64,000 nt of DNA from NCBI GenBank assembly GCA_963422645.2, contig CAXXVO010000005.1, forward strand, positions 64,001 through 128,000, read 5' to 3'. The first letter of the stretch is position 1. Each line of letters starts with the position of its first letter. The position numbers and the translations under genes were made by a program. Origin of the DNA: Alphaproteobacteria bacterium. GTDB lineage: Bacteria; Pseudomonadota; Alphaproteobacteria; UBA828. The notes below the pieces were generated by a model, which made no database searches, was not told where the DNA came from, and saw nothing but the letters and a program-made list of their open reading frames with translations. Positions 29,723 to 40,188 of this stretch are shown here, in pieces.

Positions 29723-30478
29723 TCAGCTCTCGTCGAGCCAGACGATATCCGCGCCCAGGATGGGGCCCTTGCCGTGATTCCCCTGGACCAAGACGGCGCA
29801 GCCATCGCCGATGCCCTGGGCCGCGCTCGCCAGCTCATTCGGTCCGAGATTGAGGGTCATGGCGTTGCCGACCCATCTGCCGATGGAGCGGAAATCGCGC
29901 ACCACGTTGTAGTTGACCAGCGTCCTGCCCCGGTTCTCGCCGGCATCGACCGTGGTCGTGTGCTCGCGATCGACGGAGATCAGCCAGATCGTCGCGGCCC
30001 CGTGGTAACCGCTGGACTCGCCGATCCTGACAGTGAGACTGCCGGAGCCGCTCGTGGAGAGCGTCACCGGCACCCGCCTCGCCTTCGACGCCTTCGATAC
30101 GGCGATCGCCTTCTTCACGGCCCCCTTGTTGGACCCCACCACGTGGCGCTTGCCGTCGATTACCAGCTGCGGCGTGTAGATGTAGGCGATGCCCAGCGCG
30201 CGTCCGTAGTCCCGCTGCCGCGTCGTCGTCTCCGCCGTCGCAAAGCGGTCTTCCCAGCCGATGTAATTCCAGTAGTCGACGTGGAACGAGAGCGCGACCA
30301 CGTCGTCCCGCTTCGCCGCCAGCTCTCCGAGATACGCATCGGCCGACGGGCACGACGAGCACCCTTGGGAGGTGAAGAGCTCCAGGACCACCTTCGGGTC
30401 ATCCGCGCGCGCCGATAGCGGCAGGAAGGCGAGCGCCGCGGCGATGAGTAGAGCGCTGAATTTCATCATCTTGGTCAT
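29723..30478 (-). CDS. DUF1223-type secreted thioredoxin-fold protein
   Basis: VLELFTSQGCSSCP, HVDYWNY, YTPQ, GENRG; signal peptide. Confidence 0.88.
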   Translation of the reverse strand: MTKMMKFSALLIAAALAFLPLSARADDPKVVLELFTSQGCSSCPSADAYLGELAAKRDDVVALSFHVDYWNYIGWEDRFATAETTTRQRDYGRALGIAYIYTPQLVIDGKRHVVGSNKGAVKKAIAVSKASKARRVPVTLSTSGSGSLTVRIGESSGYHGAATIWLISVDREHTTTVDAGENRGRTLVNYNVVRDFRSIGRWVGNAMTLNLGPNELASAAQGIGDGCAVLVQGNHGKGPILGADIVWLDES

Positions 30479-30554
30479 GGCGCAATTCTAACACGCGAGC
30501 CCCTGACGAAATCGCAAGCCCAATCACGTTTGGGTGAAGGTTGCGCTGCATCTC

Positions 30555-31610
30555 TCAGCCCGCGCGCTCCTCCGGCTTCGGCGGATAAAGCCACGCCTTC
30601 GGGCGCCCCGCCGGCTCGCCGGCTGCCTCCACCTCCAGTCCCGGCGCGCGCTGCTTGGTCAGCTTCAACGTGATGTGATCGCCCGAGGTCGTGCGTCCGT
30701 AGCGCGCCGGATTGTCGGCGTTCACGCAGCTCGGCAGGCACTCGATCTCCGCGTCGTAGTTGGGCTGATGAAAGAAGATCAGCGACAGCCGGTCGAGATG
30801 CGCCCTGTCGCGGGGCGGATTGGCGATTCGGTGCATGGTCGAGCGCCAGCGGTCGTTGGTCCACTCGGCCATCAGGTCGCCGAGATTGACCGAGAAGCTG
30901 TCCGGGAACCAAGGCACGTCCTCCCACGCGCCCGATTCGGTCTGAATCTGCAGCCCGCCCACGGCGGTGTCGCAGTGCACCAGCGTCAGGCTGCCGTAGT
31001 CTGTATGGGCGCCGCCGCGAAGCTGCTCCGGCAGCGGCGCATCCGGTTGCGACGGGTAGTAGATCGCGCTGAAGTTGGTGATGTGCTCGTCGATCTTGGC
31101 CTGGAAGAAGTCCTCGGGCATGTCGAGCGCCACGGCAAAGATCCGCATGATATCGGCGGAGAGCCGCGTCATCTCGCGATAGTAGGCCTCCCACACCCTG
31201 GGCATGCCTGCCGGCTTGTCCGGCCAGATGTTCGGGGCGAAATAGCGCGCGCCGGCGGGCCCGTAGTGATACTCGTCATAGGCCGCGTCCACCGGCCCCA
31301 TGCTGTAGGCCTGCTTGAGGTCCGGCGGGCGCTCCTGGTCGAGGCTGTAGGCCAGGCTCTCCGTCCCCGGCGGCGTGTAGCCGCGATAGCGGTCGGCCGG
31401 CATCTTGTGCTTCATCTTTTCCCAGTGGGGCCGCGCGAAGAAGCCGCGCGAGACGCCGTGCATCTCGTTGATGAGCGACTTCGGCACCCCATGGCCCGCA
31501 ACCACCAACCACCCGAATTCGCGGCAGGCGTCGTCGAGCGCCTCGGCCGTCCGCACCTTGTCGGCCCTGGAGCCGTGGAGGAAGGGTTCGATATCGATCA
31601 GCGGGATCAT
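30555..31610 (-). CDS. Isopenicillin N synthase-family 2OG-Fe(II) oxygenase
   Basis: IPLIDI, HTDYGSLT, NLGD, WTNDRWRSTMHR, RxS. Confidence 0.9.
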   Translation of the reverse strand: MIPLIDIEPFLHGSRADKVRTAEALDDACREFGWLVVAGHGVPKSLINEMHGVSRGFFARPHWEKMKHKMPADRYRGYTPPGTESLAYSLDQERPPDLKQAYSMGPVDAAYDEYHYGPAGARYFAPNIWPDKPAGMPRVWEAYYREMTRLSADIMRIFAVALDMPEDFFQAKIDEHITNFSAIYYPSQPDAPLPEQLRGGAHTDYGSLTLVHCDTAVGGLQIQTESGAWEDVPWFPDSFSVNLGDLMAEWTNDRWRSTMHRIANPPRDRAHLDRLSLIFFHQPNYDAEIECLPSCVNADNPARYGRTTSGDHITLKLTKQRAPGLEVEAAGEPAGRPKAWLYPPKPEERAG

Positions 31611-31703
31611 GGGCCGTCTATCCTCGTCGCGGTGCGGGAGCGCTTTCTACCCCGGCGCCGGACCCCACGCACCTGCCGCGGGCCGTGCCCCGCTCCGGCC
31701 GGC

Positions 31704-32594
31704 TCAGTTGCGCGTGCCGAGCATCTCGCGGGCCTCTGCCGGCGTCGCTGGCTCCGCCCCCAGCATGCGGACCAGCGACACCGCCTGCTCCACCAGCGCC
31801 GCGTTGGAGGGCGCGAGTGTGCCCCGTCCAAGGTAGAGATTGTCTTCGAGCCCCGTGCGGACATGGCCGCCGCTCAGCACCGAGAGGCCGGCGATGGGAA
31901 GCTGGTCGCGCGAGATACCGAAGGCCGCCCAGTGCGCGCCCTCCGGCAGCAGGCTCTTCATGTAGGAGAGCGCCTCCGGTGTCGCCGGCGCGCCCCACTC
32001 GATGCCTAAGCAGAGCTGGAAGAACCCCGGCTCCGGCACGTGGCCCTTCTCGATCAGGTTCGCCGCCAGCCGCACGCCGCCCACGTCGAAGACCTCCAGC
32101 TCCGGCACGACCCCCCACTCCCGCATGGAATCGGCCATGTAGCGCAGCTGCGGTGGCGAGTTGATCATGACGCTGTCGTCGCGCACGCCGCCCGAGTTCA
32201 TGGTTGCCACGTCGAGGCTGCAAATCTCGGGCCTGAGCTCGCCCACGTGGGCGATCCGCCGCGCCGGCGCCGTGAAGGTCGTGCCCGGCCCGTAATCGTA
32301 GGGGTCCTCCACACCGGGGCTGAGGCGCGCGCCGTAGCCCGTGGTGAGGTTCAGCACCACGTCGGTCTCGTTCTGGCGAATGCGGCCGGCGGTCTCGCGG
32401 TAATGGTCGAGCTCCATGCTGGCCTTCCCGCTCTCGGGGTCGCGCACGTGAACGTGCACGATGGCGGCCCCCGCCCTGGCTGCATCGAGCGCGGAGTGCG
32501 CGATTTCCGCCGGGGTCACGGGCACCGCCGGATTCCTGGCCACCGTGTCCGCCGAGCCCGTCACCGCACAGGTAATGATCACCTTGCGCGCCAT
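31704..32594 (-). CDS. Beta-keto acid cleavage enzyme (Kce/BKACE)
   Basis: IITCAVTG, HVHVRD, PELEVFD, RTGLEDN. Confidence 0.9.
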   Translation of the reverse strand: MARKVIITCAVTGSADTVARNPAVPVTPAEIAHSALDAARAGAAIVHVHVRDPESGKASMELDHYRETAGRIRQNETDVVLNLTTGYGARLSPGVEDPYDYGPGTTFTAPARRIAHVGELRPEICSLDVATMNSGGVRDDSVMINSPPQLRYMADSMREWGVVPELEVFDVGGVRLAANLIEKGHVPEPGFFQLCLGIEWGAPATPEALSYMKSLLPEGAHWAAFGISRDQLPIAGLSVLSGGHVRTGLEDNLYLGRGTLAPSNAALVEQAVSLVRMLGAEPATPAEAREMLGTRN

Positions 32595-32761
32595 GTCTCC
32601 CCTCTCCCGAATCGCCCTGCCGGAGCCGATGCCCCTCGGGCGATGATGCCACGAATGCCCCCACCCCGCGACCGCGCCCCGGCCCGCGCTGCGCCGGCGC
32701 AGACAAATATTAGGGCGGGATTCGCCGGGACTAAGCGGGACAAGCCAAGAGCCTTTCCCCG

Positions 32762-33193
32762 TCACCCGTCGAGAAGATTGACGGTGCGCAGCCCGGGGTA
32801 GATCGCGAATCCGCGATCCAGCGTGACCCACTCACAGCCGTGTTCGATGGCGAGCGCGGCGTGATAGGCATCCGGCAGTCGATTCCCCGTGAGCTGAAGC
32901 GTGACGGCCATGCCGCGGAATATGCGCCAGTGGCCGTCTCCGGGTCGCAGCGTCGCGCTCCCCGGCTGAGCAAGCAACGCATCGACGAATTCAACCGCCG
33001 TCCCGCTGGGCGTGGGCGGATGAAATATTTTGGTGTGCGTCAGCACCCGCAGCACGCCACTGAGCACGAGTTCCGACAACCCGACCCGTTCCCTGCCGGC
33101 CAAGGCATCGTTCAGCCACGCGCGGCAGCATTCATGGTGGACAGCGTCCTCGCGGAACGCGCTCACCAGGATGTTGACGTCAGGGCTCTGCAT
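32762..33193 (-). CDS. vapC: VapC PIN-domain toxin
   Basis: DVNIL, DAYHAALAIE, TLDRGF. Confidence 0.88.
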   Translation of the reverse strand: MQSPDVNILVSAFREDAVHHECCRAWLNDALAGRERVGLSELVLSGVLRVLTHTKIFHPPTPSGTAVEFVDALLAQPGSATLRPGDGHWRIFRGMAVTLQLTGNRLPDAYHAALAIEHGCEWVTLDRGFAIYPGLRTVNLLDG

Positions 33194-33422
33194 CCATGAT
33201 GGCCTGGAGCGCCGCATTGTCCGTCAGGTCCACACCCGGCTGCACGCCCCTTCCCCGAAACGTTGGAATGCGCGGCGCGTCGGTCGGGTCGCCGCCGAGA
33301 GAACTGCTCAGATACTCGCGTAGCGCCTGCTCGAACGTTTCCTTCAGGGTCCTTTTCTCGTGTGCGGCGCGAGCCTTTACGGCCGTCAGGAGCGCGTCAT
33401 TGACGTCGATGGTCGTCCTCAT
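33180..33422 (-). CDS. vapB: VapB-type antitoxin
   Basis: MRTTIDVNDALL ribbon-helix-helix start and PGVDL tail; overlaps vapC. Confidence 0.82.
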   Translation of the reverse strand: MRTTIDVNDALLTAVKARAAHEKRTLKETFEQALREYLSSSLGGDPTDAPRIPTFRGRGVQPGVDLTDNAALQAIMDAEP

Positions 33423-33423
33423 A

Positions 33424-33455
33424 TGTGAATATGTATCATAAAATATGTTTTCACA
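33424..33455. promoter_or_regulatory. Putative vapBC autoregulatory operator
   Basis: AT-rich inverted repeat TGTGAA...TTCACA with an inner TATG/CATA, immediately upstream of vapB. Confidence 0.5.
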
Positions 33456-33572
33456 CAATCGCACTCGGCCATTTCGCGGCGAGGCACGGCGTCGCCACTT
33501 CACCTGTCGAACTGAGACACGAAGCGGTTCGTCGCCAGCCCGGTTGCCCGTGGCGTGCACGCCACATAGTCT

Positions 33573-36084
33573 CAGACTTCCTGACCTCGTGATGCTGGCT
33601 GTTCTGGGCAGCGTGCCGGGAACTCCTTGAATTCTGATACATTTCGGTTGTTTCAGGCGGTTTTTCGCTGGGTGTCGCGCCCGAGGTCTGATATTATAAT
33701 TTGATACCAATTGCACGGTCTCAACCATGCCCAGTACCCTCCCAATGTGCCCTCCAGAGGCGGTCTCGATCGGCAACAGCTGCTTCGCCGTCCTGATCTC
33801 GGACGACACCTTCACCTACTTTTCCAACCTCATTCCCTTTGACAGCCACGCCGCCGATGACCGCACGGCCATGCTCTTGCGGATCGGCCGCCTCGCGGCG
33901 ATCAGCGCGGTCTCGCCGCAGGAACTGGCTGACGCTTTCGCTGTCTCGCGCGCGACGGTGCAGCGCGCACGACGGCGCTACCTGGCCGAGGGCGAAGCGG
34001 GGTTCATGAAGCCCCGGCGCGGTCGCGGGCCGTCGGTGTTCACTCCGGAGTTGGCGGAGAAGGCGACGGCGTTGCTGGCATCGGGCCTGAGCGGCTCTGC
34101 GGCGGCCCGGGTTCTCGGCGTGTCAGCGCCATCGGTCAACAAGTGGCGCCGTCAGGGACTGATCGGCAACACGGAGGCGGATGGGGAGCCCGGACGCTCA
34201 GCGCTGGCTGCGCCGCCTGACGCGGGTGCGGCTCCTGAAGGCCGTGTCGATGAAGAGAGTACCGGTGCCCCGGGGCCGGAGACGGCGCCGGGGCTGGAAG
34301 CGCAGCCGCAAACGGATCGCAGCGCGCGCGATCGGCGGGACCGGCAGGCGCCGATGGGGCGTGCGACTTGCGATGTTCCGGCTCGGGTTCTGGCCAGTTG
34401 TGGACAGGCGGGGCCGGTCGAACCGCAGTTCGCCGCCGCCGCCCGCGGTGTCCGCTTCGGCGGCGTGCTCGCCGCCCTGCCGGCCCTGCTGAAGGAAGGT
34501 CTTCTCTCCGAGACCGGTCTCCTGCCATTGCTGCCGAAGGGCTATTACGGCTTGCCTACGATCCTGCTCTTCCTGGCCTTCATGACCTTGGCGCGGGTGC
34601 GCAACCCCGAGAGCCTGCGCTACCAGGCGCCGGGCGAATGGGGCGCCATTCTCGGCCTCGATCGCTGCCCCGAGGTCAAGACGCTGCGCCGCAAGATCGC
34701 TCTCATCGCCGACGACGAGGCCGGCGTGCGGGCGTGGCAGCTCGCCCTTGCCAGGCGCTGGCAGGCGCCGACGAGCCGGAGCTCTGGGCGACGCTGGCCA
34801 TCGACGGGCACGTCAAGGTCTACTCCGGCCGCAAGGGGCGCTTGCCCAAGCACTTCGTCTCGCGCGAGAAGCTGTGCCTGCCGGCGAGCGCCAGCTACTG
34901 GATCAACGCTCTGGGCGGCAAGCGCTGCTCTGTCTGCACAAGCCGCTGGACCCGAAGATGGTCGCGGCCATCGAAGCCGACGTGGTGCCGGCGCTGCAGG
35001 AGCTTGGGATCGTTGGCGCCGGGGCGCCGGACCTGACCGCCGAGCATCCCGGCCAGCCGGCGCTCACCCTGGTCTTCGACCGCGAGGGCTGGAGCCCGGA
35101 TCTGTTCCGCCGGCTGGCGAGGCGCGGCGTCGCCTGCCTGACCTGGCACAAGAACTTCAGGGGCGAGGACTGGCCGGCCGAGGACTTCGGCGCGATGACC
35201 GTTCCCATTCACGGACCGGCGGCGGACGGCAGCGCCACCATGCGGCTGGCTGAGAAGCCGGTGACGTTGCCGAACGGCTTCAGGGTGCGCCAGATCCGCC
35301 GCCTGCTCGACAACGGCCGTCAGGTGCCGCTGATCACCACCGATCCGCACAAGCCGATGGCTGAGGTTGCGGGCGCCATGTTCTCGCGCTGGTCGCAGGA
35401 GAACTTCTTCAAGTACATGCGTGACGAGTTCAATCTCGACGCCCTGCCGACCCACGAGCTCGAGCCTCTCGATCCCGCCGCCATGGTCGTCAACCCGCTG
35501 CGGCGGGCCTATGACAAGGCAATCCATCGCCTCGACCGCCAGCTTGGCCGCCTGCGCAACCGCATCGCCGACACGGCCCGGAAGAAGCAGCCGACGGCGG
35601 AACTCAGGAGGGAAGTCAGGGACCTCCAGGATGTCCGCGACATCGTCAGGGCCAGCCGCAGGGAGACGCCCAAGCACTGCCGGGCCGGCGACCTCGACGA
35701 AGCCGAGCAGCTCGATGCCTTGCCCGCGCGCGAGCGCCTCCTCCTCGACGTCATCCGGATGATCGCCTACCGCGCCGAAACCCGCATGATGCTTCCCGTC
35801 ATGCAGGCGCAGGGCCACAAGCCCCATCCCCGGAAACTGCTTCAAGCGCTGCTCACCGCCGATGCCGACATCCTGCCGGATCCTGGCAATGGCCTCCTGC
35901 GGGTCCACATTCTTGGCCTCGCAAACGACGCCTGCGACCGTTGGATCGATGCGGTTCTGAGCGACCTGAACGCCACCGAAACGGTCTTCCCCGGCACCCG
36001 TCTGCGCATAGTCTACGACATCGACGGGGCCTCGGAATCCGCGCGGCTCGTGTCACCTAAAATCAGCAGAGGTCAGGAAGTCTG
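33573..36084 (+). mobile_element. DDE-type insertion sequence (family not assigned)
   Basis: Perfect TIR CAGACTTCCTGACCTC/GAGGTCAGGAAGTCTG; the transposase stop lies in the right TIR. Confidence 0.88.
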
Positions 36085-36085
36085 A
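33727..36085 (+). pseudogene. Transposase with N-terminal HTHs, frameshifts at ~34768 and ~34923
   Basis: IDGHVKVY, VFDREG, SRWSQENFFK DDE-like motifs spread across three frames. Confidence 0.82.
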
Positions 36086-36140
36086 GGTTACAAAACCGGT
36101 GCCGTTCTTAAGACGTCGCGCGGTGGGGCTCACAGACAAG

Positions 36141-36252
36141 TCTCGACGTCGGGCTGTGGGGCCTTCCAGGAGACGACCTAGTCGCGAGCCACGCGGAGCG
36201 CGTCGGCGGCGTCGTCCTCCAGGAATTTGCACACGGTCATGTCGCCGGCGCC
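36141..36252 (-). repeat. Degenerate duplicate of the 3' end of the dehydrogenase gene (36896-37007)
   Basis: GAGDMTVCKFLEDDAADALRVARD* versus GAGDMSVCRLLEDDAGVALRVPGDW. Confidence 0.8.
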
Positions 36253-36659
36253 GCACAGGGTTCCTTCGCCGAAAGCGGCTGTCCAAGAGCAACAGAAGGC
36301 GTGGGGATCAATGGTGGTAGGGAAAGGGGGCCATGCAGTTCGACCGATAGTCGGGGCGGTCACCATGTCCAGTATTGGTCGCGGATTCGCTCGGTTACGG
36401 CTTTCTGGGACTCGTCGATCTCACGGATATTGGTTTGCTCGCGGGCGATTTTCTCGGGTGCGTTCGAATCGGATTGTGCGTCGAGGGGGGCGGGGTCTTC
36501 GGCGTCCACGAGTCTGAGGGGCGCACGAGGGTTCGGTGGTTCGGTTATGTCCATGGCGCGCAACACCCTTTCGAGGTTCCGATGCCGGGCGTACACGGCG
36601 GCGTGTGCAGCCGACAACCTACAATATCTGGTAGAGGCTCAGCGCGTCAACCGCGATCA

Positions 36660-36809
36660 CTAGAGTGTTTCCGTTTCGAACGGAAACGCGCTGATTCTTT
36701 GTCGCTCACGGCAGCCGGCTTGCAGCCGGCGCCTCCGCGAGGGCGCCGCATTAGCGGCGGGCCGCGGTCGCGGCCTGTCGCGCGTCCGTCAAGGGCGGAC
36801 GCGCTCTGG
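36660..36809. repeat. Multi-hairpin REP/MITE-like element
   Basis: GTTTCCGTTTCGAACGGAAAC palindrome plus four GC hairpins; imperfect CTAGAG/CTCTGG termini. Confidence 0.6.
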
Positions 36810-36890
36810 CGTTCAGGCAGAGGGCGCGGGAGTGTCGGGCGGAGGGCCGTCCTGCGATCTCGCGCGCCTACCGGCGCGACGGGCCTTGTC

Positions 36891-37410
36891 TCAACTCTCG
36901 TCCTCGGGGTGGGGGACTTCCCAGGACGCGACCCAGTCGCCGGGGACGCGGAGCGCGACGCCGGCGTCGTCCTCCAGCAGCCTGCACACGCTCATGTCGC
37001 CGGCGCCTGAGCCGTAGCGCGCGCCGGCCTCGCGGAAGCGGGCGTGCGCGGCCTCGATGAGGTCGTTGCGGACGCCGGTCTCGCGCATGAGATCGGCGAT
37101 CAGGTCCAGGTCCTTGAGGCAGAGCGCGATGGGGAAGGAGGGGTCGTAGTGGCCGGCGAAGACCGCGGGCACGTCGTGGTGCATGACGTAGCTGTCCGCA
37201 GCCCCACCCTTCATCGCCTCCCACCAGACTTCCGGCTCCAGGCCTGCGACCTTGGCGGCGACCATGGCTTCGGCGATCGCCGCGGCGTGGACCATCCAGA
37301 GCATGTTGTTGACGAGCTTCGCGACGTAGGCGTTGCCGTGCGGGCCCACCCGGCGGATTTCGCCCATGGCCTCGATCACCGGGCGCACGCGCTCGACCGC
37401 GGCGGGGCCG
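36891..37410 (-). pseudogene. 3-hydroxyisobutyrate dehydrogenase-family oxidoreductase, 5'-truncated
   Basis: AKLVNN and FPIALCLKDL present; N-terminal Rossmann domain missing. Confidence 0.8.
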
Positions 37411-38147
37411 AGCTGATCAGCTACCACGACACGCTGGCCGATGCCGTGGCGGGCTGCGACATGGTCCTGGAGAGCGTGCCCGAGAAGGTCGACATCAAGC
37501 GCGCCGTGTTCGCGGATTTGGACAAGCTGGTCTCGAAGGAGTGCATTCTCGCCTCCAACACCTCCGGCATCCCGGTCACCACGCTGCAGGAGGGCAACTC
37601 GGCGCCGGGCCGCGTCGTCGGCATGCACTGGTCGAACCCGCCCTTCATCATCCCGGTCATCGAGGTCATCGCCGGCGCCGAGACCACGCAGGCCACCTGC
37701 GACCGGATGGTGCAGGCGATCAGGGACCTCAACCTGCTGCCCGTGGTGGTGAAGAAGGACGTCCCCGGCTTCGTCGAGAATCGCATCCTCTACGCGATCA
37801 TGCGCGAGGCCTGCGATCTGGTGGAGCAGGGCGTGATCGAGCCCGAGGGCCTGGACACCTGCGTCTCCTGGGGCATCGGCTACAAGCTCGCGGTCGTGGG
37901 ACCGATGTCGCTGCTCGACATGGCCGGCCTCGACATCTACCAGGCGGTCGGCAGCTACCTGAACGCCGACCTCTGCAACCGCGACAGCGTGAGCAGCTAC
38001 ATCACGGAGCGGACCGAGAAGGGCGATCTCGGCATGAAGACCGGGACCGGCATCTTCTCCTACACCCCCGACGACATCAAAGCCCTGCAGGGCAAGCGGG
38101 CCGGCCAGCTCGTCGCCGTCCGCCGCGCGCTAGAGGGCCGCTCCTAG
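37411..38147 (+). pseudogene. 3-hydroxyacyl-CoA dehydrogenase-family, 5'-truncated
   Basis: ESVPE, ASNTS, HWSNPP, PGFVENR, GMKTGTG; no GxGxxG motif and no start codon. Confidence 0.8.
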
Positions 38148-38621
38148 CGGGCGGCGCAGCACCAGCATGGCCGACGCGCACCGTACCCGCCGGCTCGCCC
38201 ATATCGACTGCCCGGGCGGCGGGCAGGTCTGGGTCGATGGCACCACGCTTTACATCGGCCACATGCGCTGGCCGTCGGGCACCACCATCGTCGACGTGGC
38301 CGACCCTGCGAACCCGCGCATCCTCGCGCGGATCGAGCTGCCGGAGGGCTGGCACTCGCACAAGGTCCGCACCGCGAACGGCGTCATGCTGGTCAATCAC
38401 GAGCGCCTCGGCGGCGGCGGCAACGACGCCAACGGGTTCGGCGGCGGGCTCGGCATCTACGACGTTTCGAATCCCGCCAAGCCGAACCTCGTCACCAAGT
38501 GGCGCACCGCCGGCAAGGGCGTGCACCGCTTCACCTTCGACGGGCGCTACGCCTACATCTCGCCGACTGCCGAGGGCTACGTCGGCAACATCGTGATGAT
38601 CCTCGATCTCGCCGACCCGGC

Positions 38622-40188
38622 TGTAGGGGGACGAAAGTCATTGCGAATCCGGAAGATGCCGGGAAGAAGGCGGAAGAAGGCGGACGGTCAAGGGGTTGGC
38701 GGCGTTTCCGGGGTCTGGCGGGCCGGACGAAAGTCTTTGCGAATCCGGCCCGGAAAGGGCCGTGAATTGGCTGGAAGCGGGGATTTTCGGGGCGTTTCAG
38801 GGGTGCTGAAAGGCCTGTAAATCGGGGCGGTTCCGGGGCCCAGACCAGGGCGTTGCAAAGCATGGAGTGGCGGAAAATGTTGTGCGACATTGGGGCCGTC
38901 TCTGGCGATTGTGACCGTCACCACGAGACAAAGCCCCCCGGCGAACTTCTTGCAAGTTCGCCGAGGGGCACCCGCCCCAAAACCTCAACAAATCCGAGCG
39001 GATCAGGCCCCGATCCCCGCTGAAAGACCGCGCGCGCTCACCGCCGGCGCAAGCGGCGTCAGCCGACACACCCAGCTCACCGTGCCCTCCCCGGTCTCCG
39101 CCGGCTATATCGTCATCGAGTGGGGCTGATCGCGATGCGCCGCACCCTCGTCCCCGCAGGCGGCGGCATCGACAGCACCGCCCTCGCCCTCCTCGTCCTG
39201 CGCGAGACCGAAGACGAGGTCGTCCTCTCCTACTACCGCGAGCCGGCCCGCGAACTCCCGGAGCGCATCGCCCGCGAGCAGGCCGCAAGCGAGGCCGTCG
39301 CAGACTGGCTCTCCCGCAACGTCCGGCCCGTGCGCCACGTCAGCCGCGACGCCCTGCGCCTCGACCTCGACGCCGGCGCCGAATACCCGATCAGGGGCGG
39401 GAGAGGGTGGGAGGGCGTCTGCGACCCCACATTCGGCCCCTGGGGCCTCGACCGGTACGCAACCCACGCCGACGAGGCCGAGCGCCACCGCGCCGACCGG
39501 GTGATGCTCGGCATCACCTCGTGGGACACCGCCGACGACATGCACCGCATGTACTGGTATCCCGTCTACCGCGCGCGCACCGCCGTCCCCATGGAACTCC
39601 CCTTCTTCCCCGGCTGGGAGGACGGCGCGCAGTGGCCGCCGTCGCGGGACGACCCCTTCGGACCCGTCGCCGGGCGCTTCATGCTCCAGGCCCTGCTCCC
39701 GCCCGGGCTGGAGGCGCTCACCTGGCGATGCACCGTCGCGGCAGAGCCCTGCGGACGCTGCCCCCGATGCCGCCTCAACGCCTTCTTCGAGCGCTTCTGC
39801 CGGGGACGCCCGGCGGACCAGGTCGCCCGCATCGACGACGCCCTCGAACGACACCGCGGCGCAGGCCGATGGTACGCCGACGCCGACCCCGGAAGATGGA
39901 CCGATCACGACGGATACGACGCCGCAGAACGCGCCGTCGAAGACCCCGAATGGTGGAAGGCCGAACTCGAACGCCCGTGCCGCCCCGGCGCCCGCCCCGG
40001 TCCCGACCGCGCCTGAAACCCCCACGCACCGCCCGTGCACGGGCCCCGAAACCCCCGCGCAGCGCTCCTTCATGGCCCATGCACAGGCCGGTTTTTCCAG
40101 CCCGGTTCAGCCCCGAAAACCAGCCGATTTTCCAGGCCATTCGCAAAGACTTCCGGCCGCGATTCGCAAAGACTTCCGGCCGGCTACA
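38622..40188. mobile_element. Non-autonomous Tn7/Tn5053/Mu-like mini-transposon
   Basis: TGTAG...CTACA ends; CCGGC 5-bp TSD (38617-38621, 40189-40193); AAGTC(T/A)TTGCGAAT sites at 38634, 38730 and inverted at 40139, 40162. Confidence 0.9.
39135..40016 (+). CDS. Divergent QueC-like PP-loop protein (cargo)
   Basis: N-terminal GGGIDST PP-loop and LTWRC...PCGRCPRC zinc motif, as in QueC. Confidence 0.75.
   Translation: MRRTLVPAGGGIDSTALALLVLRETEDEVVLSYYREPARELPERIAREQAASEAVADWLSRNVRPVRHVSRDALRLDLDAGAEYPIRGGRGWEGVCDPTFGPWGLDRYATHADEAERHRADRVMLGITSWDTADDMHRMYWYPVYRARTAVPMELPFFPGWEDGAQWPPSRDDPFGPVAGRFMLQALLPPGLEALTWRCTVAAEPCGRCPRCRLNAFFERFCRGRPADQVARIDDALERHRGAGRWYADADPGRWTDHDGYDAAERAVEDPEWWKAELERPCRPGARPGPDRA

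Noticed and set aside
36141-37007. DGR template/variable repeat pair
   Set aside because: The differences are not adenine-specific and there is no reverse transcriptase in the window.
38622-40188. CRISPR-associated transposon or integron cassette
   Set aside because: No cas, tniQ, array or attC-like site is visible. Only the transposon-type ends are supported.
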